Source: Deinococcus radiodurans R1 = ATCC 13939 = DSM 20539 (GTDB lineage: Bacteria > Deinococcota > Deinococci > Deinococcales > Deinococcaceae). From it: a stretch of 32,000 nt of DNA. Below, one piece after another: positions 22,854 through 32,000 of this stretch. Both the position numbers and the translations under genes were made by a program. The notes under the pieces were generated by a model. It was not told the DNA's origin, did no database searches, and worked only from the letters and a program-made list of their open reading frames with translations. The stretch covers positions 187,418 through 219,417 of the forward strand of contig NC_001264.1 of NCBI RefSeq assembly GCF_000008565.1, read 5' to 3'. Each line of letters starts with the position of its first letter. Positions within the stretch are counted from its first letter, which is position 1.

Positions 22854-24094
22854 TTCTGGCCTCCCACGTACTGCACGCGGTAAATCACGCCGCTCTGGTC
22901 GTCGGTGAACAGCAGGCTGCCGTCGGTGTAGACCGCCAGCCCCGCCACGCGCCCGAACTGCTTCCACTCGCCGCCTTCCTGATAGACAAAGCCGGTCACG
23001 AAAGGCTCGATCTTCTCGGGTTTGTTCTGCGCGTCAAACACCACGCGGGCGACTTCATAGCCGCTCGGCTCGTTGCGGTTCCACGAGCCCCGGAAGGTCA
23101 CGAAGGCGTCATTGCGGAACTCGGCGGGAAACTGTGTGCCGGTGTAGAACTTCAGCGCAATCGCGGCGGCGTGCGCGGTGTAGTTCAGGGTGCTCGGCTC
23201 GGTCGTCGCGCAGTACTCGGCCTTGGTGATCTTGCCGGGGATGTTGGCGACATTCACGAAGGGATCGGGGTTTTTGGCGCCGTAGCAAAAGGGCCAGCCG
23301 TAGTTCTTGCCGCGCTTGATGACGTTCAGTTCCTCAGGCGGAATATTGTCGCCGTGCCAGTCGCTGCCCTGGTCCATGCCGTAGAAGGTCTTGGTGACGG
23401 GGTGCCAGCCGAAGCCGATGGTGTGGCGCAGGCCCCGGGCGTACACCTCGCGCACCTGACCGTCGGGGCGAATGCGCAGGATGGTGGCTTCCTCGGGGTT
23501 CTGGGTGGGGGCGTCATTGTTGGTCGCGCCGAAGGAGGCGTAGAGGTAGCCGTCGGGGCCCCAGCCGAGCTGCCGGGCGGGGTGCTGCCCGGCGTCGGGG
23601 AAGTTGTCGGCAAAGACGCGGGGCACGCTGAGAGTGCCGTCCCTGGCGATGTCCATGACCCATATGGTCTTTTCGCCCACCGCGTAGAGCTTGCCCTGGC
23701 GGGTATCGATGCCGTGCACCAGCTTGAGCTGGTCGGCCACCCGGCGGCGCTCGGTGGCGTCGATGGTGCCGTCGCCGTTGACGTCCTTGAGGTACCAGAT
23801 GTCGCCGTTCTGGCGGCGCGACAGGTAAATGCCGCCGTCGGGCATCACGTGCAACATGCGGGCGTTGCCGAGTTCGGTTGCCATCACGCTCACCTTGAAA
23901 CCGGCGGGCACCTTGAGGCGGGCGAGCTTGTCAGGCGTGAACTGCTGGGGCGTGGGCTCGTTGCGGGTCACGGTGGCCGTGGCGGGCGGCTCGGGCGCGG
24001 GCAGCGGGCGGTCTATCGGCGCGGGCGGGGGCGTCTGGGCAGCGGCAAGGGCGCACAGGGCTACGGTCAGGGGAGCAAGGAAAGTTTTTCTCAT
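22850..24094 (-). CDS. Secreted PQQ-dependent (soluble glucose/sorbosone dehydrogenase, YliI-like) beta-propeller sugar dehydrogenase, 414 aa
   Basis: The ORF track gives 22850..24181; ATG 24094 is preceded by GGAGG. The signal peptide is MRKTFLAPLTVALCALAAAQ. Family blocks are GWGPDGYLYASFGATNN and GLRHTIGFGWHPVTKTFYGMDQGSDWHGDNIPPEELNVIKRGKNYGWPFCYG. Confidence 0.8.
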   Translation of the reverse strand: MRKTFLAPLTVALCALAAAQTPPPAPIDRPLPAPEPPATATVTRNEPTPQQFTPDKLARLKVPAGFKVSVMATELGNARMLHVMPDGGIYLSRRQNGDIWYLKDVNGDGTIDATERRRVADQLKLVHGIDTRQGKLYAVGEKTIWVMDIARDGTLSVPRVFADNFPDAGQHPARQLGWGPDGYLYASFGATNNDAPTQNPEEATILRIRPDGQVREVYARGLRHTIGFGWHPVTKTFYGMDQGSDWHGDNIPPEELNVIKRGKNYGWPFCYGAKNPDPFVNVANIPGKITKAEYCATTEPSTLNYTAHAAAIALKFYTGTQFPAEFRNDAFVTFRGSWNRNEPSGYEVARVVFDAQNKPEKIEPFVTGFVYQEGGEWKQFGRVAGLAVYTDGSLLFTDDQSGVIYRVQYVGGQK

Positions 24095-24205
24095 GAAGCC
24101 TCCACGCTCACAGTGAAGGCTGGGCCGAGCAGAAATTTTGCCGCTGCTCACCTTATGAGAGGAAGATGGGCGCCGCCCCAAAGTTTGCTGACAGCCTGTT
24201 TCCTC

Positions 24206-24637
24206 TCAGCGCGGGCCGGAAGGCAGGGCCGCCACGCTGAACCAGAAATTGCCGAGCGAGCGGATCACTTCCACGAATTCACCGATGGACACTGGCTTGG
24301 GAATGTAGGCGTTGGCGTGTAGTTTGTAGCTGCGCCACACGTCCTCCTCGGCGCGGGAGGTGGTCAGCACGATCACCGGGATGTGCTGAAGCTGCGGGTC
24401 TTCCTTGAGGATGTCGAGCAGTTCGAGTCCGCTCAGGCGCGGCATGTTGAGGTCGAGCAAAATCACGTCGGGCGTGGGCAGCTCGCCGTTTTCCTCGCGC
24501 CGCAGGAAGGTCAGCGCCTCTACCCCGTCGCGGGCCACATGCAGGCGGTGGGGAAAATCGGCTTCCTCGAAGGCCTCTTCGGTCAGCAGGATATCGGCGG
24601 GGTTGTCCTCGGTCAGCAGAATTTCGATGGCTCTCAT
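24206..24637 (-). CDS. Single-domain CheY-like response regulator (receiver only, no output domain), 143 aa
   Basis: ILLTEDNPAD is the acidic pocket, VILLDLNMP carries the phospho-acceptor Asp, and VLTTS and IPKP carry the conserved Thr and Lys. ATG 24637 overlaps the kinase stop (ATGA). Confidence 0.9.
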   Translation of the reverse strand: MRAIEILLTEDNPADILLTEEAFEEADFPHRLHVARDGVEALTFLRREENGELPTPDVILLDLNMPRLSGLELLDILKEDPQLQHIPVIVLTTSRAEEDVWRSYKLHANAYIPKPVSIGEFVEVIRSLGNFWFSVAALPSGPR

Positions 24638-26232
24638 ACTTGTTGCTCCACAAGAGGCGGGGTGTCGGGAAGAAAGAAATAGAAGGTGGTGCCCTGGCCG
24701 GGCTCGCTCTCCAGCCAGACGCGGCCCCCGTGTTGCTCGGCGGCGTTGCGGGTCACGGCGAGGCCGATGCCGCTGCCTTCATACTCGCCCACGCCGTGCA
24801 GGCGCTGGAACACCTCAAAGATTTTCTGATGATACTCCGGCTCGATGCCGATGCCGTTGTCGCGCACGGCGAACTGCCAGCCGTTCCCGGCCTCGTCCTG
24901 GCCCGCCACCCGCCCGGCCCACACGTCCACGCGCGGCGGACGGTCCGGGTGACGGAACTTGAGCGCGTTGCCCAGCAGGTTGAGGAAAATGTGGTGCAGC
25001 AGTTCGCGGTTGCCCTGCACAGTGGGCAGCTCGCCGATGTGCAGCTCGCCGCCGACTTCGCGCAGCTTGACTTCGAGTTCGGCGCGCACCTGCTCGGCGA
25101 GTTCGGCGGTGTCCACCGGCCCGAAGACCCGGCCCGTGCGGTGCACCCGCGAGAACACCAGCAGGTCCTGAATCAGGGTCTTGAGCCGGTGCGCCGCCGA
25201 GATGGTGAACTTGATGTACTGCTCGCCGCGGGCGTCGAGTTTGTCGCCGTAGCGCCGCGCGATGAGTTCGGTGTAGCTGCCGATGGTCCGGAGAGGTTCT
25301 TGCAGGTCGTGGCTGGCGACGTAGGCGAAGCGCTCGAGTTCGCGGTTGCTGCGCTGCAAGCTGGCGTTCGTCCGTTCGAGCGAGCGCGCACTCTCGGCGA
25401 GCGCGGCCTCACGCTGCTGCACCGCCTCGGCCATCTGGTGAAACTGGGCGCTGAGGCGGTCGAGTTCGGTGATGCCGAGTGGCTGCACGCGCTGCTCATA
25501 GTGCCCGGCGGCAATCTGCTGGGTGCCCTCGGTCAGCTGCGAGACGCTCAGCGACAGGGTGGAAATGATGCGCCGCACCGCCAGCACGAGCAGCAGCGCC
25601 CCGAGCAGCAGCAGCAGCGGGGTCAGAATCAGCAGTCGGCGCAGCGCCGTGTTGCTTGCCTTAAGCGCGTTCGACAGGCGCTCGTTTTCGAAGCCGATCA
25701 TGATGTTGAGGGTTTCGCGCGCCTCATCGGTCAGGTGACGCCCGGTGCCGGCACTGACCCGCGCCACGGCACTTTCCAGCGAAACGCGCCGGGCGGCGAT
25801 TTCCGGCTGCGCGGCGACGAGCTCCCACTGCGCCATCAGGGTTTCGACGCGCCCGATGTTCTCGCGCTGGCGGTCAGTGACGGTCAGCGGCTCGTAGCGC
25901 CTGAGGTGCTCGGCAAAGTTCTGCTGACCGCGCTGGTACGGTTCCAGAAAGGAAGGCTGCCCGGTGATGACGTACCCGCGCTCGCCGTTTTCCATGTTGG
26001 AAATGTCGGTGAGCAGCAGTCGCAAGGTCAGCAGCCGCCCCTGCGAGGTCTGCGCGAAGCGGGCGCTCTCGGCACTGAGATTCACACCCCAGAGCACCAG
26101 CCCGGCCATCAGGAGCAGCAAAAGCAGCGGCAGCACCAGCGGGCGCACGATCAGCGAGGTCAGGGGGCGTGGTCGGCGCCCGGCCCTCCAGGGTTCCAGA
26201 CCGGTGTTCCCGGAAGGCAGGGGCAACTTCAT
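24634..26232 (-). CDS. Sensor histidine kinase with periplasmic CHASE3-like domain, HAMP, HisKA and HATPase domains (532 aa)
   Basis: It has an N-terminal TM segment (PLVLPLLLLLLMAGLVLWGV). The CHASE3-type signature is NMENGERGYVITGQPSFLEPY. A second TM is followed by HAMP, then the H-box FAYVASHDLQEPLRTI, and the N/G boxes LLGNALKF, DNGIGIE and GSGIGLAV. Confidence 0.85.
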   Translation of the reverse strand: MKLPLPSGNTGLEPWRAGRRPRPLTSLIVRPLVLPLLLLLLMAGLVLWGVNLSAESARFAQTSQGRLLTLRLLLTDISNMENGERGYVITGQPSFLEPYQRGQQNFAEHLRRYEPLTVTDRQRENIGRVETLMAQWELVAAQPEIAARRVSLESAVARVSAGTGRHLTDEARETLNIMIGFENERLSNALKASNTALRRLLILTPLLLLLGALLLVLAVRRIISTLSLSVSQLTEGTQQIAAGHYEQRVQPLGITELDRLSAQFHQMAEAVQQREAALAESARSLERTNASLQRSNRELERFAYVASHDLQEPLRTIGSYTELIARRYGDKLDARGEQYIKFTISAAHRLKTLIQDLLVFSRVHRTGRVFGPVDTAELAEQVRAELEVKLREVGGELHIGELPTVQGNRELLHHIFLNLLGNALKFRHPDRPPRVDVWAGRVAGQDEAGNGWQFAVRDNGIGIEPEYHQKIFEVFQRLHGVGEYEGSGIGLAVTRNAAEQHGGRVWLESEPGQGTTFYFFLPDTPPLVEQQV

Positions 26233-26279
26233 CGCCGCCGAGTGTACCCCGCCGCCGAGTGTCGCCTGTCGCCGAGTGG
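26233..26279. repeat. Three direct repeats with exact 17-nt periodicity abutting the kinase start codon
   Basis: CGCCGAGTG occurs at 26236-26244, 26253-26261 and 26270-26278. The first two copies share 13 identical nt, CGCCGCCGAGTGT (26233-26245 and 26250-26262). On the coding strand this reads CACTCGGCG three times, ending at the ATG. Confidence 0.6.
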
Positions 26280-26344
26280 GAGGGCACGAACACGCAAGTC
26301 GCGCCCGCTGCCTCCTCCCCGGCAGACGCGGCTTGCGGGCTGGC

Positions 26345-28060
<1,716 letters not shown>

Positions 28061-28258
28061 CGGGGGCAGTCTAGCCCAGCGGCGTTCGCGCTCCATACAC
28101 CCTGGAGAACAGGTCTGGGAAGGCGCAGGACGACAGGAACGCGGGCCTGCCCCGCGAAGAGGACAGGCCCGCGCCAACAACCGAAGTCATACGGTTTTAA
28201 TCCGATTCCCGAACATCCGGAAAGGCGCCGGATGCCCGCCCATCTCCTTGAAACCGTA

Positions 28259-29821
28259 TCAGTTCAGAGTGATGGGTTCTAACATCGTCACGCGGCCCGG
28301 CGTCGCCTGCACGTTCGGGAGCAGTATTTTGCCGTCCACCCGCACGTCGAAGGCGCCCTGTGGCAGGTTCAGGAAGCCGTAGCGGCCCTGGCCGTCGCTG
28401 AAGGTCGCGGCCACCACGTCGTTCCAGGTGCCCCCGGCGCGGACGAGTTCGACCGAGTGGTGCCCGGGCCGCGCCGCGCGCAGTTCACCGCTCAGGCCGC
28501 GCACGCTGGCTGCCGGCAGGGGCGCGTGCTTCACGAAGGTCGGGAAGGGGCCGCCCGCGTCGGTCAGGCGCAGCTTGAGGTCGGCGAGCACCTCGGCCGC
28601 CCCGCGCTTACCCTCGTTCACGTCCTTGTCGGGGGTGCGGTAGGAGTAGCCCGCCCAGCCCAGGCCCGCCGCCTGCGTCTTGCGAATCTGGCTGACGGTG
28701 CTGGCGATGTCGTTGAGATAAATCGCCGCGCCGCTGACCTGCTCGGTGTGGGGGTAACGCTGCCGGAGACCCGCCGCGAAGGTGTTCCACTGGTCGAACC
28801 ACCCTGCCTGGAGCGGCACGAAATCGCGCTTGTAGTTCATCATCACGTTCTGGTCGAGGTAGCCGGACTTGACCCAGGTCAGCCAGTCCTGCCCGACCTC
28901 GGCGTAGGGGCGCGAGGCGGCGAAGGCGGCTTCGTCGGCGGGGCCCTCGCCGTAGGTGATGGTGGCGGCGGCGATCGCCACACCGGGCTTGACGGCCTTG
29001 ACCGCCAGCGCGGTTTCACGGACCAGGTTGGTCACCTGCTGGCGACGCCACGCGCTCCACTGCGGGTCGGCGGGGTCGGGAGTGCCGGTCGCGCCCGTCT
29101 CGGCGCGGTAGCGGGCAAGCGCCGTTTCGTTGTAGCCCCACTGCACCGGGCCGCCCACCGGGTTGTAGTCCGGGTAGCGCACGCGGTCGAACATGATGCC
29201 GTCTACCGCGTAGTTTTTCGCCACGCTGACATACATGTTGCGGATGTAGGCGGCGGCGTCGGGGTGACCGGGGTCGAGCACCCAGTCGGCGCCCGCCTTC
29301 ACGGTGCCGTCGGCCTTCACGGTCAGCCAGTTGTCGCGGCCCGCCGCATTCGGCCCGTGGGTGTTGAAGGCGTGCTCGGCACTTTTGGGCGGCGTCACGC
29401 TATTCCACAGCGCCGTGGTGATAATCCAGGCATTGACCTCGATGTCTTTGGCGTGCGCCTTGGCAATCACGTCGGCCAGGGGGTCGAAGCCCGCCGGCAC
29501 CTCGGGGTCGTCGGTGCGCGGCATGGCGGCGTTGTTGCAGTAGCAGTCGCCCCGGCGCCCCACCTGCACGTACAGCGTGTTGACGTTCATGGCGCGGGCG
29601 GTGTCCACCAACGTGCTGACTTCCTCGGGGGTCTTGATGCCGGGGCCGAAGGCGTCCACCCACAGGCCGCGCACTTTGCCGCTCGGGGTGCCGGGCGCCT
29701 CCTCGGTGGGGTTGGGCAGCGGCTGGGGCGCAGGTTGCGGGCCGTTCTCAGGGCTTCCACAGGCGGAGAGCAGGAGGGCGCCGAGGAGCAGGGCGGACAG
29801 GGAACGGGACTTCGACATCAT
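28259..29821 (-). CDS. Lipoprotein with glycoside-hydrolase-like family 10 (GHL10/YngK/YddW-type) domain and C-terminal carboxypeptidase-regulatory-like beta-sandwich (520 aa)
   Basis: AAGGAGG precedes a pair of adjacent ATGs (29821 and 29818). The lipobox is ALLLSAC/G. The GHL10-like block is VRGLWVDAFGPGIKTPEEVSTLVDTARAMNVNTLYVQVGRRGD...DIEVNAWI. The C-terminus is DGQGRYGFLNLPQGAFDVRV. The family assignment is from memory of motifs only. Confidence 0.55.
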   Translation of the reverse strand: MMSKSRSLSALLLGALLLSACGSPENGPQPAPQPLPNPTEEAPGTPSGKVRGLWVDAFGPGIKTPEEVSTLVDTARAMNVNTLYVQVGRRGDCYCNNAAMPRTDDPEVPAGFDPLADVIAKAHAKDIEVNAWIITTALWNSVTPPKSAEHAFNTHGPNAAGRDNWLTVKADGTVKAGADWVLDPGHPDAAAYIRNMYVSVAKNYAVDGIMFDRVRYPDYNPVGGPVQWGYNETALARYRAETGATGTPDPADPQWSAWRRQQVTNLVRETALAVKAVKPGVAIAAATITYGEGPADEAAFAASRPYAEVGQDWLTWVKSGYLDQNVMMNYKRDFVPLQAGWFDQWNTFAAGLRQRYPHTEQVSGAAIYLNDIASTVSQIRKTQAAGLGWAGYSYRTPDKDVNEGKRGAAEVLADLKLRLTDAGGPFPTFVKHAPLPAASVRGLSGELRAARPGHHSVELVRAGGTWNDVVAATFSDGQGRYGFLNLPQGAFDVRVDGKILLPNVQATPGRVTMLEPITLN

Positions 29822-30004
29822 TTCCTCCTTGAGGGATGCGCGATTAAGCGCGTGGGCGACAGAAGAAAGGCGGGAAGGACTGAGTACCTCGAAGTTCATC
29901 TTCAGATGAACCGAGCGAAGCGAGTATCGAAAAAAGTACGCCGAATCGGGAATGGAGCCGTTTCTGTGCAGTTCCGAAACTGCGGAATGTTAGGTTCGAA
30001 GTCC

Positions 30005-31114
30005 TTAACGGCTCTGGGTGTCGGCCGCGTCACGCAGGGCGTCGCCCATGAAGTTGAAGGCGAGGACGCTGATAAAGACGAAGAGGCCCGGCCACAGCAG
30101 CCAGGGGTAACTGCTCACGACTTCGAGTTTGCTCGCGTCGCGCAGCAGCAGACCCCAGCTCGTCATCGGTTCCTTGATGCCCAGGCCCAGGAAACTGAGG
30201 GTGCTTTCGCCCAGGATGTAGCCCGGCAGCGCCAGGGTCGCGGTGACGAGCAGAAACGAGCTGAGGTTGGGGGTGATGTGCCGCAGAATCACGCGCAGGT
30301 TGCTCGCGCCCATCGCCTGCGCCGCCGACACGTAATCGAGGTTGCGTGCCGCGAGCACTTGCCCGCGCACCACCCGGGCCAGACTCGCCCAGCCGATCAG
30401 CGCCAGCACCGCCACGATGCCGGTGTACACCCAGGTCGAGGGCCAGCGCGCCGGAATCAGCGTGGCGAGCGCCAGCAGAATCGGCAGGCGGGGAAAAGAC
30501 AGCAGCACCTCCACCACCCGCTGAATCAGGGTGTCCACCCAGCCGCCGAAGTACCCGCTGACGCCGCCGAGCAGGATGCCGAGGGCAAACGAAATCAGCA
30601 CGCCGACGACCCCCACCGTCATGCTCACCTGAGCGCCCACCAAAGTGCGTGAAAACAGGTCGCGCCCAAGCTGGTCGGTGCCAAAGAGGAAGAAGTAGCG
30701 CGGCACCTTTTCCCCGTACTCGTCCTGACCATCCGGCACGCCGAAGAGGTGGCGGTCGGACTGAAGGCCCAGGAAGGAATAAGGCTCGCCCTTCACGAAA
30801 AACTGGACCGGCAGCGGGTGCGCGGTGTCGGGCACCGTCTTCTTGGCGAAGGTCACCGGGTCGCGCTTGGTGGTCGAGCCGTAGACGAACGGGCGGTGCA
30901 GGCGGCCCTGGTGGATGAGGTGCACCGTCTGCGGGCGTTGGTACTCGTAGCCCTCATGCTGGGTGGTGATGTTGTACGGCGCCAGAAAGGGCGAAAGCAG
31001 CGCGATAACGTAGAGCGCGATGAGCACCCACCCTGCAATCACGCCGGGCCGCGACTTGCGGTAGCGCCGCCACGCCATTTGCAGCGGGGTCCGGGTTTCG
31101 GGGCCGCCGGTCAC
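30005..31114 (-). CDS. Peptide/nickel-type ABC transporter permease (DppC/OppC-like), 369 aa
   Basis: The GTG start at 31114 overlaps the upstream stop (GTGA). It has the N-terminal OppC-type segment VIALLSPFLAPY, six hydrophobic spans, and an EAA-like loop, YVSAAQAMGASNLRVILRHITPN. Confidence 0.8.
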   Translation of the reverse strand: MTGGPETRTPLQMAWRRYRKSRPGVIAGWVLIALYVIALLSPFLAPYNITTQHEGYEYQRPQTVHLIHQGRLHRPFVYGSTTKRDPVTFAKKTVPDTAHPLPVQFFVKGEPYSFLGLQSDRHLFGVPDGQDEYGEKVPRYFFLFGTDQLGRDLFSRTLVGAQVSMTVGVVGVLISFALGILLGGVSGYFGGWVDTLIQRVVEVLLSFPRLPILLALATLIPARWPSTWVYTGIVAVLALIGWASLARVVRGQVLAARNLDYVSAAQAMGASNLRVILRHITPNLSSFLLVTATLALPGYILGESTLSFLGLGIKEPMTSWGLLLRDASKLEVVSSYPWLLWPGLFVFISVLAFNFMGDALRDAADTQSR

Positions 31115-31998
31115 GAGTACCTCACGCGGGGGTCGGCCCAGGCGAGGGCGAGGTCGGAAAGCAGGTTGCCGATGAGCAGCAAGAAGGCCGAGAGCATCAG
31201 CAGGGTCATGGCGGTGTACTGGTCCTTGTTGAGCAGCGAATCGTAGAGCAGCGGCCCGATGGTGGGCAGGCTCATGACGATGGAAATGATGATGGTCCCA
31301 CTAATGAGCGTGGGCAGGCTGAGGCCCGCGAGGCTGATGAGCGGGTTGATGGCGTTGCGTACCGCGTGCTTCCAGATGACGCGGCCCTGCGGCAGGCCCT
31401 TTGCTTTGGCGGTGCGGATATAGTCCTGGCTCAGCACGTCGAGCGTGCTTGCCCGCATCTGGCGCATCAGGCCCGCCACGCCTTCGAGGCCCACCGCCAG
31501 CACCGGAATCCAGAGGTGCGCGAGCAGGTCGAGGACTTTGGCGAAAGACCACGGCGCGTCGATCATGTCGGGTCTGAACAGCCCGCCCACGTTCGTTCCG
31601 CCGAGCTGCCGCACCAGCACCACGAGCAGCAGCGCCGCCAGAAAGTCGGGAATGGCGAGGCCCACATAGCCCAGAAAGTTAGCGATTTGCGCGGGAATGC
31701 CGTAGCGGTTAAAAGCCGTGTAGATGCCGAGCGGCACCGCGATCAGCCACGTCAGCGCCAGCGTGAGCGCGGCGATAAACACCGTCCAGCCCAGCCGCTC
31801 GCCGATGATGGACGTGACCGGCGCCCCCGACGCGAAGGAGTACCCGAAATCGAGCCGCGTGACCACGCCGGTGATCCAGTTGAGGTACTGCTTCCACGCC
31901 GGCTGGTCGAGGCCGAGCTGCCGGGTGATGTTGGCGACGGTTTCCTTGGAGAACCGGGGGTCTTCGAGGTACTGGTCAATAAAAGAACCGGGCTGCAA
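31111..31998 (-). CDS. Peptide/nickel-type ABC transporter permease (DppB/OppB-like), 5' end beyond the window
   Basis: The ORF is open to the window edge. The EAA loop is DYIRTAKAKGLPQGRVIWKHAVRNAINP, and the multi-span hydrophobic pattern fits the family. It is partial (295 codons visible). Confidence 0.8.
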   Translation of the reverse strand: MQPGSFIDQYLEDPRFSKETVANITRQLGLDQPAWKQYLNWITGVVTRLDFGYSFASGAPVTSIIGERLGWTVFIAALTLALTWLIAVPLGIYTAFNRYGIPAQIANFLGYVGLAIPDFLAALLLVVLVRQLGGTNVGGLFRPDMIDAPWSFAKVLDLLAHLWIPVLAVGLEGVAGLMRQMRASTLDVLSQDYIRTAKAKGLPQGRVIWKHAVRNAINPLISLAGLSLPTLISGTIIISIVMSLPTIGPLLYDSLLNKDQYTAMTLLMLSAFLLLIGNLLSDLALAWADPRVRYS

Positions 31999-32000
31999 CT

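Noticed and set aside
26233-26279. CRISPR-like array
   Set aside because: There are only three 9-13-nt repeats with 4-8-nt spacers and no cas genes. It is not a CRISPR. No other regularly spaced repeat arrays were seen in the window.
28187-28243. 18-codon mini-ORF (MGGHPAPFRMFGNRIKTV) on the minus strand inside the nested hairpin
   Set aside because: The AAGGAG directly abuts the ATG with no spacer, the ORF lies inside a strong secondary structure, and nothing else supports coding.

Overview
This is a high-GC bacterial chromosomal window (roughly two-thirds G+C by eye, not computed). Coding density is high, and almost every gene from 11.1 kb to the end lies on the minus strand. Gene content (class II UvrA, a 462-aa SodC fusion, hairpin-rich small noncoding repeats, many ATGA/GTGA start-stop overlaps) resembles a Deinococcus radiodurans-type genome; this is recollection and cannot be verified here.

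I call 27 protein-coding loci, one of them frameshifted. In window order they are:
- a degenerate tyrosine-recombinase-like gene
- an AzgA-type purine permease
- pdxY and ppx
- a frameshifted cytochrome P450
- uvrA2
- rimO
- a secreted protein with an internal duplication
- a BadF-type sugar-kinase-like ATPase
- a small tail-anchored ORF
- an eight-gene operon: FabG-like SDR, MaoC hydratase, PaaI thioesterase, orphan ORF, ACAD10/11-type acyl-CoA dehydrogenase, SDR, APH-fold kinase, histidine phosphatase
- nadE
- a periplasmic pair: a PQQ-type sugar dehydrogenase and a Cu/Zn-SOD::beta-propeller fusion
- a CHASE3 histidine kinase with a stand-alone receiver
- pepF
- a GHL10-type lipoprotein
- two peptide-ABC permeases, the last truncated by the window edge

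No rRNA, intact tRNA, CRISPR array, transposase or recognisable defence system was seen.

The best candidate for an under-described system is the 14.1-20.3 kb operon. It looks like a split, bacterial version of animal ACAD10/ACAD11 (kinase + ACAD + phosphatase), embedded with reductases, a hydratase and a thioesterase. That predicts a 4-hydroxy/4-oxo-acyl-CoA (Lva-like) catabolic or detoxification route.

Secondary points of interest:
- the two-component system next to the PQQ-dehydrogenase and SodC-fusion pair
- two copies of a MITE-like repeat whose hairpins are kept by compensatory changes
- a duplicated terminator module
- a one-base frameshift in the P450

Most long plus-strand ORFs in the track are antisense shadows of real minus-strand genes, which is typical for high GC.
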